Positions 29,859-39,828 of a stretch of 64,000 nucleotides of DNA are shown here, piece by piece. Below the pieces are notes generated by a model. That model saw nothing but the letters and a program-made list of their open reading frames with translations. It ran no database searches and had not been told where the DNA came from. The position numbers and the translations under genes are program-made. The DNA is taken from the IMG/VR virus record IMGVR_UViG_2891442665_000011. One strand, given 5' to 3'. The stretch is from an uncultured virus (IMG/VR IMGVR_UViG_2891442665_000011). Its lineage: Duplodnaviria; Heunggongvirae; Uroviricota; Caudoviricetes. Positions within the stretch are counted from its first letter, which is position 1; each line of letters begins with the position of its first letter.

Positions 29859-30110
29859 TTATGCAGTTGCAACTTGTTGTATTACTTTTCGATAGATGTT
29901 GGTGAAGTCGTACTTGATAATCTCATCAATTGCTCTTTCAATTTCCTGATTGTTTTCTTCATCCGAAAGCTGATCGGAAGTCCGAGCAATTCGACCCAAG
30001 TATGAACTCGAATGATAACCTTTTTCCTCATCGAACAGGAACCATGAAGTGAACTGTTCAAATGGATTGTAAGGATTATCAACCGTTGTTAAAGCACATT
30101 TTCTAGCCAT
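29859..30110 (-). CDS. Conserved hypothetical phage protein
   Basis: AAAGGAGTGA RBS; LTTVDNPYNPF. Confidence 0.65.
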   Translation of the reverse strand: MARKCALTTVDNPYNPFEQFTSWFLFDEEKGYHSSSYLGRIARTSDQLSDEENNQEIERAIDEIIKYDFTNIYRKVIQQVATA

Positions 30111-30132
30111 GATACTTAGCTCACTCCTTTCA

Positions 30133-32835
30133 TTAGAGGTATTTGTTCACGGTCGAAGGTGATACACCGAGCGCTTCAGCTATCTCGGCTGTACTATACC
30201 CAGAAGCACTCATAGACGCAATCTTGTTTACCTTGGCTGTGCTAAGAGTTGTAGTTATTCTCGGTGTTGCACGTTGCCTGAGGGTATCGATATCAATGTT
30301 GTTAATGATTTGGGTGAGTCTGTTCTCGCTAATAGCGCCAGCCTGAATTGCTTCCCATTCACGGTCACTTATTGAAATGGTTTCCCGGGAGGCTCCTACA
30401 GAACTACGGGCCGCAGTCAACGCCTGCTGGGAGGCTTTCTTTATTTCGCTTCTCGTCATATCCGGGTTTTCCTGTTTCTTGGCAGCCACGGTAGCATTTG
30501 CAATAACCTGGGCCTGCCTTTCACGGGGGGCGTTCATGAGGGCTACATTTAACTGGGCCATCAGGTGATCTACTTCCTCCTGGTAGGTCTCTTTGGCGGA
30601 GGCAGAGTAGGCGATCTTACCGGTGCTTACCATTTCCTTACGAGCCCGGTTAGCAAGGGTCTTCATCTCATTGGCATAGGTAGCGTAGGCTCTCTCCTGC
30701 GGGGTGTCGGCATCTGATACCAGACTGAATGCATCCCTGGTCTCCGCCATTTTTGTGCTTGCCTGGGTCCTTACTCTGGTATGTCCATTCCGGTCGGTAT
30801 ATTCTTCATAAACTTCCTTGTAGCTTTGTTCTCCGGTTTCCGGGTCTATAATCGGACTTCCTTTTCTTTTAAGAACGGAGGTTTCAGACTTAGCTCTGGA
30901 AATCAAAGTTGCAGCCCCTTCATGATACCGACCATCCTCATCATAGCTTCCCTGATATTTCTTTTTCAGAGACGCAATCCCGTTATCCACCTCACTCTGC
31001 TTGTAATCGAGTTTGTGTTTTTCAGCATCGATTACAACCATGCTGTGCCGTACCGCACGGGCAAGTTCTTCCGGAGTAGCACCGCGAAGAGTCATGTCTG
31101 TAATGAGGTTTGAAATCTTACCCATTTCAGTCTGGGTATTCTTCATAGCCTTAAAACTTCCTTCCGGTTTTCCGCCGTATTCAAGCTTAGGGTCGAATCC
31201 TTCCAAACCTTTCAACGCATGAGTCGATGTGATCTTAACCTTTCCGCCAGTCGGGATTACCATAACGGTATCGCCATCGAAGTCTGCTCCCGATAAACGC
31301 TCTGCAACCTTACTGTTAATCCCCACAGCATCTTTGGCATTGCCGAGAATCCGCTTTGCATCTGCCTGTTTATTGTTTACCACAAGAACCGGAATTTCAA
31401 AGGTGCCGCCATGTGGAAAACGGATAAGGGCAACCTGCTCACCATTCTTATAGTTAGGGGCGTATACTTCATTGTCCTTCATAGAGGTGATAGGTAAGAT
31501 AACCTGATACTTTTGTCTGGGCAAAGCCGCAGCCTGTAGATGAACCGCCGCAGAATCACAGTCATCAGCAAAGGATTTCAGCAGAGCTTTCTTTACTGTC
31601 GGGTTTGTAAGGGAACAAATTTCATCAAACTCTGCCTGCTTATCGGCAGACGCCAATCCAAGCTGTTTTTTGATAAGAGACAGGCTCTGCTTGGACAGAA
31701 ACTGAGAAGGTAAATGATCGCTCCATTCCCCCCAGTCCCCTTCCTCGGCACGTTTGTTAATGAGAGACAAGGATTGTTTCCTTCCTGTCATCGGATCGGT
31801 ATATTTTCCTTTTGGATCGTCATAATAACTTTGTCCGCCATGTTCCTTAATCAGCGAACCAAACGGATTATCCGGATCGTCCTTTATCTTTTTTAAAACA
31901 TCCATAACTGGAGTTCCGGTTTTTTTGTTGGTGTTGAACAGGACATCGACTCCGTCTGGCAGATCATCGGAATAAATAGCCATTCCTTTTAAGTAATGGG
32001 TTCCGTCTACCATGATACGAACCTGGGCATAATGAGCATCACCCAATGACAAGTCCTTTACTCCTCGCCGAAGTTCAATAACGCCATCTTTGTCGGAACC
32101 TCCATCATCACCATAACGAATCTTTAATCTGGCAGAATCCATACTGGCCGGATACTCAAAAGCTTTTCTAAATGTCTCGCCACCGTCTTGGGAAATGTAA
32201 TCGCTCAAAGAATGGACATTCTCAAAATTGTAGATCTCCCTATGTTCCGTTCCAGGAGGACAGATAACTTTGATGTTTGTCTGTTTACCAGGATTTGTAA
32301 CCTGTGGAACACCTCCGCCGTAAACCGGATAACCTTCCTGTTCCAATATGTAAAGTGCCTGATTCAGTTTCTCTTTTGAAATTCCGAGTTCTCGCTCAAC
32401 GCCGGTTCCAACGTCAATCATTCCTTTTTCTTCGATTTGTTTCTTAAGGAATTCGGCGGTCTTTTTTGCCTGATTCATTCGGGCCTCAGACCCTTCATTC
32501 AAAAGAGAGCGGACAGAAGAATCATTAGAGAACCCCATAATCTCTGCAATTTCATTCAGGCTTTTTCCATCCTCGCGGAGAGACCTGGCTCTTGCCACAT
32601 CCAACGCGCGCCTTTCATCTTTGGCTAACGATTTCTGAACACGATACTGTGTTGTGGTGAGACCCATTGATTTTGCAATCTCAGTTTCGCTTAATCCCTT
32701 CTTTTTTAATTCCTCAACACGGCTCAAAAAATCTCCGCTGCGCTGATAAGGGTTATCTCCAGAACCCCAAGGATATCTGCCGGAACGTCTCGGCATCCCG
32801 TAATGCATTAACATTTCTTCCGCAATGGGATTCAT
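30133..32835 (-). CDS. Phage DNA-dependent RNA polymerase, single-chain double-psi-barrel (YonO-like), with HTH ends
   Basis: LSGADFDGD (DFDGD at 31270-31284), upstream IRFPH and KG motifs; N- and C-terminal HTH-like segments. Confidence 0.8.
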   Translation of the reverse strand: MNPIAEEMLMHYGMPRRSGRYPWGSGDNPYQRSGDFLSRVEELKKKGLSETEIAKSMGLTTTQYRVQKSLAKDERRALDVARARSLREDGKSLNEIAEIMGFSNDSSVRSLLNEGSEARMNQAKKTAEFLKKQIEEKGMIDVGTGVERELGISKEKLNQALYILEQEGYPVYGGGVPQVTNPGKQTNIKVICPPGTEHREIYNFENVHSLSDYISQDGGETFRKAFEYPASMDSARLKIRYGDDGGSDKDGVIELRRGVKDLSLGDAHYAQVRIMVDGTHYLKGMAIYSDDLPDGVDVLFNTNKKTGTPVMDVLKKIKDDPDNPFGSLIKEHGGQSYYDDPKGKYTDPMTGRKQSLSLINKRAEEGDWGEWSDHLPSQFLSKQSLSLIKKQLGLASADKQAEFDEICSLTNPTVKKALLKSFADDCDSAAVHLQAAALPRQKYQVILPITSMKDNEVYAPNYKNGEQVALIRFPHGGTFEIPVLVVNNKQADAKRILGNAKDAVGINSKVAERLSGADFDGDTVMVIPTGGKVKITSTHALKGLEGFDPKLEYGGKPEGSFKAMKNTQTEMGKISNLITDMTLRGATPEELARAVRHSMVVIDAEKHKLDYKQSEVDNGIASLKKKYQGSYDEDGRYHEGAATLISRAKSETSVLKRKGSPIIDPETGEQSYKEVYEEYTDRNGHTRVRTQASTKMAETRDAFSLVSDADTPQERAYATYANEMKTLANRARKEMVSTGKIAYSASAKETYQEEVDHLMAQLNVALMNAPRERQAQVIANATVAAKKQENPDMTRSEIKKASQQALTAARSSVGASRETISISDREWEAIQAGAISENRLTQIINNIDIDTLRQRATPRITTTLSTAKVNKIASMSASGYSTAEIAEALGVSPSTVNKYL

Positions 32836-32838
32836 GGC

Positions 32839-33396
32839 TTAGCCCTCCTGTTCTTTGATTTTATTGATAATCTTATCAAAGGTGATAATCTTATCGATGA
32901 TTGGAACAATTTCTTCAGCCGTTGGAGCGTGATACAAAATTTCATTGTTCTGATACAGACGCAATTCGATTTCAATTTCGCCAGGCTTCACTTTATATTC
33001 CAAACAAAAAAGAGCAGCGTAAATCATAAGCTGCTCCATGTGTGCCGGAATCACACCGGTCTTCAAATCGTGAATTCTAAGCAAACCGTTTCTAAACGCA
33101 ATGCTGTCCGCTGTTCCAAAGCAATTCTCCGAATAAAAGAGAACCTGTTCAGGAACCATTTTGAATCCGATGGCATCGTTCACATACATATTCAATGTTT
33201 TCTGCGACTTCGGCAGCTTTTGCCCTAACCGAATACACTGTGCTGCGAACTCATGAAGAACAGTTCCTTTTTGTGTTGCCAAAAACTTTGAATAGGATTC
33301 GGCGACCTTGGACTCATCATAGTTAATCCAATGATATTTACTTGCGCCGAGAAAAGCGTGTTGCCCTTCAAGATTCAAATGATTGTTGAAGTTCAT
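32839..33396 (-). CDS. PD-(D/E)XK (Cas4-like) exonuclease
   Basis: GTVLH...EQ...FGTAD...IHDLKTG...QL..YA. Confidence 0.75.
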   Translation of the reverse strand: MNFNNHLNLEGQHAFLGASKYHWINYDESKVAESYSKFLATQKGTVLHEFAAQCIRLGQKLPKSQKTLNMYVNDAIGFKMVPEQVLFYSENCFGTADSIAFRNGLLRIHDLKTGVIPAHMEQLMIYAALFCLEYKVKPGEIEIELRLYQNNEILYHAPTAEEIVPIIDKIITFDKIINKIKEQEG

Positions 33397-33658
33397 ATAA
33401 CACTTCCTCCTTGTTCTCCGGACAGATGAATCTTGAAAACGACATCTCGTTCATCAATCCGACATAGTATTCTTGATTTGGCTGCTTTTTTGCTCCAGCG
33501 CTTTTCTTACATTCCAAGGAAGCCCACTTGTTCTTGTAGAGGATGGTCAAATCCGGAATGCCCTGAATATAACTGGAATCGTTCTTTGTAACGATGCAAC
33601 CGGGAAACATTTTTTTCAGTTCTTTTATCAACTGCGCCTGAAAATTGCTCTCCAACAT
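33368..33658 (-). CDS. VRR-NUC / Holliday-junction resolvase-like nuclease
   Basis: E..FQ...GIPDL...LECK...Q. Confidence 0.75.
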   Translation of the reverse strand: MLESNFQAQLIKELKKMFPGCIVTKNDSSYIQGIPDLTILYKNKWASLECKKSAGAKKQPNQEYYVGLMNEMSFSRFICPENKEEVLYELQQSFES

Positions 33659-33740
33659 TTCAGCGAGCCTCCTTTCTTTGTTTTTCAGAAAACGAAAAAG
33701 AGAATGTAGTCTTTAAAAATGGCTATTTTATCCTCTCTCT

Positions 33741-33766
33741 TCATAAAAGGGAATGTTTTTTTCGCG
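33741..33766 (-). promoter_or_regulatory. 26-bp phage promoter-like motif (upstream of the nuclease-RNAP operon)
   Basis: CGCGAAAAAAACATTCCCTTTTATGA, matches the 15-copy consensus. Confidence 0.65.
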
Positions 33767-33814
33767 AGGCAAAAAAGAGCAAAAGAAAGAGCCGTTGTTG
33801 GCGGCTCCGTCTCT

Positions 33815-33997
33815 TTAAATCCATTTTTTAAAACGTTCAACAGCTTCCTCAAACAATTCAACATCAGCCTGAATACAGCTATATCCCTTACGACATTTAT
33901 CGGGAAGCAAACTGATTCCAATAAAGAACCACAGTGCCACCGTAACAAATACATAAAGTCCTCCAAACACCTTCAAACCTTTAATAATTTTTTTCAT
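33815..33997 (-). CDS. Small membrane protein in a promoter-terminator cassette
   Basis: Motif copy at 34030-34055, AAAGGAGA RBS, terminator at about 33781-33807. Confidence 0.7.
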   Translation of the reverse strand: MKKIIKGLKVFGGLYVFVTVALWFFIGISLLPDKCRKGYSCIQADVELFEEAVERFKKWI

Positions 33998-34124
33998 GAT
34001 AGTTTTCTCCTTTCAGAAAATGAATTTTTCCATAATAGAGCTTGTAATTTAAGCGTAAAAAAAACAGAGACACTCAAAAGCATCTCTGTATAATGAAGCT
34101 CTATTTAGTTGTGTTCTTTTTCTG

Positions 34125-34940
34125 TTATTGAGCAACTTCCAATAATTTCTGAGAAATCCGCGCCGACACCTCAGTATAATAAGCTACTTCGGCCGTTGAT
34201 AACTCATCCTGATTTATTGTGTCCATCTTTTCCATTGTTTCGGTATACTTAGTCATATAATCCGTATAATCGGCAAGCATCGATGCGGCGTCATCAGAAT
34301 TTGTATACTTCTTCATAAACTCACAATACTCATTAAAGAATTCTTCGTAACTGTCCATTGCCTCTTTAAATTCTGGACTGATATTACTATTGTTAGAAGT
34401 TTCTTCCGATGTCGCGGGTTCTTTTGGAGTTTCGCTTTCCTCTGATGCTGTACTAGAATCGCCTCGGTCTTTTGTACTCTCTTTGCAAATAATATCGACA
34501 GCTTCAATTTGATATCCCAACATTACTTGTAGATAATATTTTCCGTCACCGCTATAGGCATAAAACATTTTTCCACCGTCGTTCTCGCCCTCATATGTAA
34601 CATCGTCAAACCCATTTGATTTACACGCCTCAATATATTCTTCGTATTCTCCATCCTGATAGTTTGCAACACGAAAAGAATAGGCTGTTCCACCATCTGG
34701 GTCGATGATTGAAATCTCTCCGTTCTTAAAATAATCAGTAGTAACCGGGAGCAAATCCGCATAATGAATCTCGTCTTCGCTACTTTCTGTTTTTGTATCG
34801 GATGTCGAAGAATCCTGTTCCTCAGTTGTTCCAACAGATTCAGACTCCATTTCAATCTCATCCGACGCAGGCTTCCAGCCACATGCCGACATAACCAGCA
34901 TCATAATGCCGATTAAAAAAATTGTTATTGCTCTTTTCAT
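34125..34940 (-). CDS. Acidic lipoprotein (moron-like; possible superinfection exclusion)
   Basis: Signal peptide with lipobox VMSAC; Ser/Glu/Thr linkers; own upstream regulatory region. Confidence 0.7.
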   Translation of the reverse strand: MKRAITIFLIGIMMLVMSACGWKPASDEIEMESESVGTTEEQDSSTSDTKTESSEDEIHYADLLPVTTDYFKNGEISIIDPDGGTAYSFRVANYQDGEYEEYIEACKSNGFDDVTYEGENDGGKMFYAYSGDGKYYLQVMLGYQIEAVDIICKESTKDRGDSSTASEESETPKEPATSEETSNNSNISPEFKEAMDSYEEFFNEYCEFMKKYTNSDDAASMLADYTDYMTKYTETMEKMDTINQDELSTAEVAYYTEVSARISQKLLEVAQ

Positions 34941-35223
34941 CTCGTCTCCTCCAATTATTCAATATTTTAGCGCAATAAAAAAGTGCGCCCCAATGATGAG
35001 ACGCACCCGCAAAAGTGAATCCCTCATTGTTGCGACACAATCTCATCCCGTTTAAGGCATAAGTAAAGAGAAAAAACACCCTTTGCCAAAGTGATTTCCC
35101 TTAAACGAGATATATGAAATTGTGTCGCAGAATAAGTATAGCACAACCAGCCGAAAAAAGAAACACTTTCCAAGAAATTTTCCGTCAATCGCTTGACATT
35201 TTCGGAAATTTGTGCTATAGGCT

Positions 35224-35406
35224 TTATGCCGTAATCAATTGTCCCCGCTGCTCCATATAGTCATAGACCATCTTCGTACCATCCATAAAATATACCAGTA
35301 TGGACAGATACCCATTCGGCTGGTAGCGGGCAGCGTTTTTTGACAGCCTCGGAAACCTCCTCTGAAAGTCCTTGTAGATTTCAAGCCATGTAACTTTTTT
35401 ACTCAT
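35224..35406 (-). CDS. Hypothetical protein
   Basis: GAGGTG RBS; 60 aa. Confidence 0.55.
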   Translation of the reverse strand: MSKKVTWLEIYKDFQRRFPRLSKNAARYQPNGYLSILVYFMDGTKMVYDYMEQRGQLITA

Positions 35407-35429
35407 ATAACACCTCTTTTCTTGCTTGT

Positions 35430-35760
35430 GGCCAAAAACCCACTTTTTCCGTCCCTATTTATATATACTATTAAACTTTCTATCATAATAGTTTAAGAAA
35501 AAAAGTGGGCAAGTGGGCTTTTTAATTTTTCAAAACCCGCAAACCCGCATAAATACTGGGTTTTTCGATGGTCGAATCTCCAAATTTGTGGCCAAATTCA
35601 TGTTTTAAAAGTGGGCAGAAAGTGGGCAAGTGGGCAGAAACCCGGGTAAAATCGTCCGTACAAATCTCAAAAGGCTGCCCAAATTCTACCCAGATTCACC
35701 CCAAACCCACTTTTTCTGACCAAAAGCCCATTTTCAAAAACCAAAAGTGGGCAGAGATTT
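35430..35760. repeat. Iteron-like AAGTGGGC repeats, putative replication origin
   Basis: At least 8 direct or inverted AAGTGGG(C) copies around an AT-rich tract in a non-coding gap. Confidence 0.6.
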
Positions 35761-35813
35761 TTAACCTAGATTAGCCTTCATCGGGCTCCGAAGACCGATA
35801 CGGACGACAAAAT

Positions 35814-36044
35814 TCACCGTAAATTGACGTCGGGTTTCTTATCGTAGAATCTGCATACCGGATCTTTCCGCTCTATAAAATCAACATCTTTCGGAAATTC
35901 TTCGTACACTCTCTCGGATTTCTTGAGAAATTCCATGTATGTTTCGATGTTTTTGCATACTTTTCTGTGTGTACAACGAGTACACATTGTCTCCCTAACT
36001 CCTCCGTCCACAAACTTCACCTCCAATTTTTCACATGTTGCCAT
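35814..36044 (-). CDS. Cys-rich hypothetical protein
   Basis: CTRCTHRKVC. Confidence 0.5.
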   Translation of the reverse strand: MATCEKLEVKFVDGGVRETMCTRCTHRKVCKNIETYMEFLKKSERVYEEFPKDVDFIERKDPVCRFYDKKPDVNLR

Positions 36045-36239
36045 AAGTTCTACCTCCAAATCTTTCCTGTCTGCTCGTCCCGTAAAACGATTCGCTCCTC
36101 CAGATGGAAGCCGGCCAGTTCACACATATCAAAGATGGTATGTAACAGTTTGTGAAACCGCTCGTCATCCCTATCCAGATTCTTCATAGCCTCATAAGCA
36201 GTCGGGTCAGAATAACCCTCTGCATTCTTTCGTAAATCT

Positions 36240-36587
36240 CTATCCGTCAAAAGACTTCTCACCTCCTTCTTCACGCCATTTTTCCAGATCGATTCCATAT
36301 TGCTTCAATAAATATGTACAAAGCCAAACTTTATCGTTCTCCTCCATAACATATCGTTCGAGAAGTTCTGCTATGGCTTTGTTGAATCGGTCATAGAACC
36401 TACGCAGCCTTTTTTCTCCAAAACCGAACTCTGAATGGAGAACCCATAAAATGAGCGCGTCAATTTCTGTCGCGTGTTTTTTATCGTACTCTGCGAGTTG
36501 CCTCTGAATTTCGAGGTTCATAGCTTTTTTCTCGGCAACAGTCATAGCGGCTCCGTATACTTTCCCAGCAGCTTTCTTTATCCGCAT
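36240..36587 (-). CDS. Hypothetical protein
   Basis: LHSEFGFGEKRLRRF. Confidence 0.6.
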   Translation of the reverse strand: MRIKKAAGKVYGAAMTVAEKKAMNLEIQRQLAEYDKKHATEIDALILWVLHSEFGFGEKRLRRFYDRFNKAIAELLERYVMEENDKVWLCTYLLKQYGIDLEKWREEGGEKSFDG

Positions 36588-36883
36588 CTCACAGCCCTCC
36601 TCACATAATCCAGTTCTCCTTTGCAAAGAAGAGCGGTAGTCCCATTATCAGGGTGAATATAAAAGCCGTTGCATCATATTCAATCGGGATGCTAAGGGCT
36701 CCCAGAGAGATAAGCGCAGCGGAATATAATTTGTTCTTTATCAATTCACGCCTCCACATAATATCCTCCCTTTACGACGGCAACGGTGCGCCCGATCTCC
36801 AGGCAATCCAAGCCACGAAAAAAGCGACTGCAATCAATAAGACCACAATCGCTGCCAAAGTCAGAACAAAATGAAGAATCAAC

Positions 36884-37099
36884 TTATGAAACTGTTTCTT
36901 TGACATTGTCCTTCTCCTTTTTCGATTTCATGATACCTGCCTCTACATCATCCATCTTTACCAGCACACCGTTTTCTCTGAATTTGGAATATGCTCTGGC
37001 GGTCGCACAGTGCTCAATACACTGGCACACTCTGTTAATCAGCGCATACGCGCAAAGATAGAGGACCAAAAAAGCAAGCATATACTGTACAAAATTCAT
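36884..37099 (-). CDS. Small membrane protein
   Basis: AAAGGAGA RBS; N-terminal TM segment. Confidence 0.55.
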   Translation of the reverse strand: MNFVQYMLAFLVLYLCAYALINRVCQCIEHCATARAYSKFRENGVLVKMDDVEAGIMKSKKEKDNVKETVS

Positions 37100-37620
37100 A
37101 AATTTTCTCCTTTCGAATTAGATTCGGAAAGCTTCTCTTTCATCTTTTCAAGAATGGCTTCAACCGACTTCCGAGTTTTCGGACTCATTTTTATGTAAGC
37201 CTTATGCTCGTCATACCAGTTGAATATCTCATTGAGATTATCCTTCTGCCAACTGAACGCCCACCAATCGCAAATCATTTCGAGAATATAATTGTAAGGT
37301 ATATCCAGGGCAATCTCACCCTCTTTGGGGTCATCGTTAATGAGAACCCAGTGCTGCCAATGATGAGGATTTCTATGAATATGCAGAAGCCAAGCCCGTC
37401 TGTACTCCTGAACAACCTGATAAGATTTGTTGTTGCCATAGAAATACCGGTCGTAGGCTTCATACTCATCCGGCTCATTCTTGGAAGTATCGTGTGCAAA
37501 CTCTGTCTGCCAAGCCACACCATCTACCAACAGTTCGGGAAGGTTCTCCTGAATCCACCGAAAGCCTTTATAGACGTTGTTGCGGTGCTGCTGCAAATAT
37601 AAATCATACTGTGCACTCAT
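37096..37620 (-). CDS. HD-like hydrolase (DUF5662-like)
   Basis: H...HDTSK...HIHRNPHH...EMICDW. Confidence 0.7.
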   Translation of the reverse strand: MSAQYDLYLQQHRNNVYKGFRWIQENLPELLVDGVAWQTEFAHDTSKNEPDEYEAYDRYFYGNNKSYQVVQEYRRAWLLHIHRNPHHWQHWVLINDDPKEGEIALDIPYNYILEMICDWWAFSWQKDNLNEIFNWYDEHKAYIKMSPKTRKSVEAILEKMKEKLSESNSKGENL

Positions 37621-37843
37621 TGGAATCCTCCTTACTGTAGATATTTTTCCATGAATAAGAGTCACGATAACTATAATCGTATACGCTTCCCTCTTGAGTA
37701 AAAACAATTTCGTTTTTTGCTTCGTTGTAATACACGCCATTCATTTCTGTCGCATCGCATTCCCACCCGCTATCGCTCGTTAAATGAACATTTGATGGAA
37801 TGTTATTTTCTTTGATGATTTTTTGCAGAATATCAAAAGTCAT
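37604..37843 (-). CDS. Hypothetical protein
   Basis: GAGGTGA RBS; coupled ORF. Confidence 0.55.
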   Translation of the reverse strand: MTFDILQKIIKENNIPSNVHLTSDSGWECDATEMNGVYYNEAKNEIVFTQEGSVYDYSYRDSYSWKNIYSKEDSNECTV

Positions 37844-37844
37844 T

Positions 37845-38564
37845 TCAGTTCACCTCTTTCCCGTCAGCATACATTTTTTCCGAATCCCCAGTAATAATCT
37901 CGCTGTACGGAAGTTGTTTAATCCACCGACAGAACTCACGCCATTCATCCAGCTTGTGATCTTTACGCCAGCGATAAATACCGACAAGCACTTCGTAGTT
38001 CAGCATAACCGTCCGTTTCTGGTTGTAGGAAGAGGGGAGTAGCTGAATCATTCTATACCACAGCTCTTTATCTTTCTTGTTGCTCTCCAAATATAAATCT
38101 CTCGTCTTATTGAGCATTTCGATTGTTTCACGGAGAGGAGTCTCCCAGAACCCGATCAGGTGTTCATGCGAAAAATCCTCCAACGTAAACTCCTTAGCAT
38201 GGATTTTATGCATGGTCGAACAGGAGTTGGCTACGGTACCTACTTTATAGGTATCGAACTCCTTCCACCAGTAGAGCGGAGCAGTAATATCCAGGTACAC
38301 CGTAATCATCCGGCGGTACTTTGCGTGAACCGGCCCGCCTGCTGCCAGTTTCATCATCAGCTCGTGATCGGCTTTACCAAGCTGGAAGGAGTGGTCGTAT
38401 GTATGCTCGCAGGGAACCTCTTTCGCACAGTTCTCACAGCCGATACCATCGTCACCGCCTTTACAAATCCCGCTGTCGGACTTATCCCAACTGTTCATCG
38501 GGTTACGCATCCCTCTGATGGTCTCCTCCAGACCATGAATACTTACCTTTTCAATCTTAATCAT
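37845..38564 (-). CDS. ThyX-like (flavin-dependent thymidylate synthase-fold) protein
   Basis: APLYWWKEFDTY...SCSTMH...LLPSSY...RKDHKLDEW. Confidence 0.55.
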   Translation of the reverse strand: MIKIEKVSIHGLEETIRGMRNPMNSWDKSDSGICKGGDDGIGCENCAKEVPCEHTYDHSFQLGKADHELMMKLAAGGPVHAKYRRMITVYLDITAPLYWWKEFDTYKVGTVANSCSTMHKIHAKEFTLEDFSHEHLIGFWETPLRETIEMLNKTRDLYLESNKKDKELWYRMIQLLPSSYNQKRTVMLNYEVLVGIYRWRKDHKLDEWREFCRWIKQLPYSEIITGDSEKMYADGKEVN

Positions 38565-38753
38565 CTTCTTTGCTCCTTTCCTCACACACTTTGCAGCGGC
38601 AATCGTTATCCGGCTTTCCTTTCTTATATAAACCGCAGTATGCACACTCATTATCATCGGGTCGAATTCGTATTTTTCTTATTTTGCATCTGTACCTACC
38701 CCAAGAAGAACAAAATATAGCTTCTGTGCAGGTGGTACAATTTTTTACATCAC

Positions 38754-39074
38754 TCATCGGCAATTCTCTCTTTCTCTCTGTAATTTTACGTCAATAGCCT
38801 TTTGCAAATCCTCTGGCTTGACATCAAAAATGGACTCCAGAAAAGATAAGCAAATATAAGCGTCTGCTATCTCTTCCAAGAGTCCAAGTTTGTCACCATA
38901 TCCACGAATCTGTTTACTGACCTGTTGCTGCAACTCGGCGAACTCCTCCATAGCGACAGTGCATTTCAGTTTCCATGGATACTTTTTTATGCTGTTCCGA
39001 ATAATTCGCCGGCGTTCTTTTTCTGAAAGCTGAATGTCGCTTTTCAGTCCCTGAATAAATCTACTTCGGTTCAT
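38754..39074 (-). CDS. MazG-like NTP pyrophosphohydrolase
   Basis: MEEFAEL...EEIAD. Confidence 0.7.
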   Translation of the reverse strand: MNRSRFIQGLKSDIQLSEKERRRIIRNSIKKYPWKLKCTVAMEEFAELQQQVSKQIRGYGDKLGLLEEIADAYICLSFLESIFDVKPEDLQKAIDVKLQRERENCR

Positions 39075-39537
39075 CGCTGTTCCTCTTTTCCCAGTAAGAA
39101 TCGTAATCTCCCTTTACAAAATTCTTGGCGTGAGATATATCCGAAGTGTGCTTACATTCCGCCGACGGACAGGAATCACCACACTGTTTTCCGTCACAGA
39201 GATAAAGAATGTCCGCTACCTCCTTTGAAGGAAGCCAAGCATTCCGGTCGTCAATATATTCGTTGGCAAATATCTTTCTCGTATCCGTCCCGAAAGATGC
39301 CACAATTTCCGGCAGGTTCTCGTTGACAGCATCAAACACAAGTCCCTGCTCGGCAGACCAGCTAATTGCATTTTTCAGCATATCGTCCACCCGACATGTC
39401 CAGAGGATGAGCTTGTATCCATTCGCCTGCCGGTCTTTCAGATATGTAATCATCTCTTTGTTTGCTTCTCCGATTTCCGGCCACTTGTTTTTGCACAAAG
39501 TACCGTCAAAATCCACCGCAATAATTTTGTTTTCCAT
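39061..39537 (-). CDS. HAD-family phosphatase
   Basis: IIAVDFDGT, WTCR, YIDD. Confidence 0.8.
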   Translation of the reverse strand: MENKIIAVDFDGTLCKNKWPEIGEANKEMITYLKDRQANGYKLILWTCRVDDMLKNAISWSAEQGLVFDAVNENLPEIVASFGTDTRKIFANEYIDDRNAWLPSKEVADILYLCDGKQCGDSCPSAECKHTSDISHAKNFVKGDYDSYWEKRNSDEPK

Positions 39538-39563
39538 CTCTTTTTCTCCTTTCAGAAAACCAA

Positions 39564-39824
39564 TTAGTAATTACGCCGTTGATAGGGGAGATGCTTTTGA
39601 ATTCTCCTTTCCACCTTATATCTCGGCGTGTAGTTTTTTAGATACTGATTCTTTTTACAATGAGGCACAAACATTGCTTTTTCTTTGGCGCGTTTTTCTT
39701 CCTCATCACGAATCTGTCCAAATATTTTTGCGAGTGTGTCCGCAGCCTGCCTAACAGTAACTGCAAATTGTTCCTATGCTTCCGTGAGCTTATTAAGTAA
39801 CGCATTCCATTCATCCGTAGTCAT
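39564..39824 (-). pseudogene. Probable disrupted small gene
   Basis: GGAGG RBS + ATG; in-frame TAG at 39774-39776 after 16 codons, then the frame stays open for about 50 codons. Confidence 0.45.
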
Positions 39825-39828
39825 CGAA

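Noticed and set aside
32839..33396. Cas4 as evidence of a CRISPR system
   Set aside because: Stand-alone phage PD-(D/E)XK nuclease with no Fe-S cysteine set and no other cas genes.
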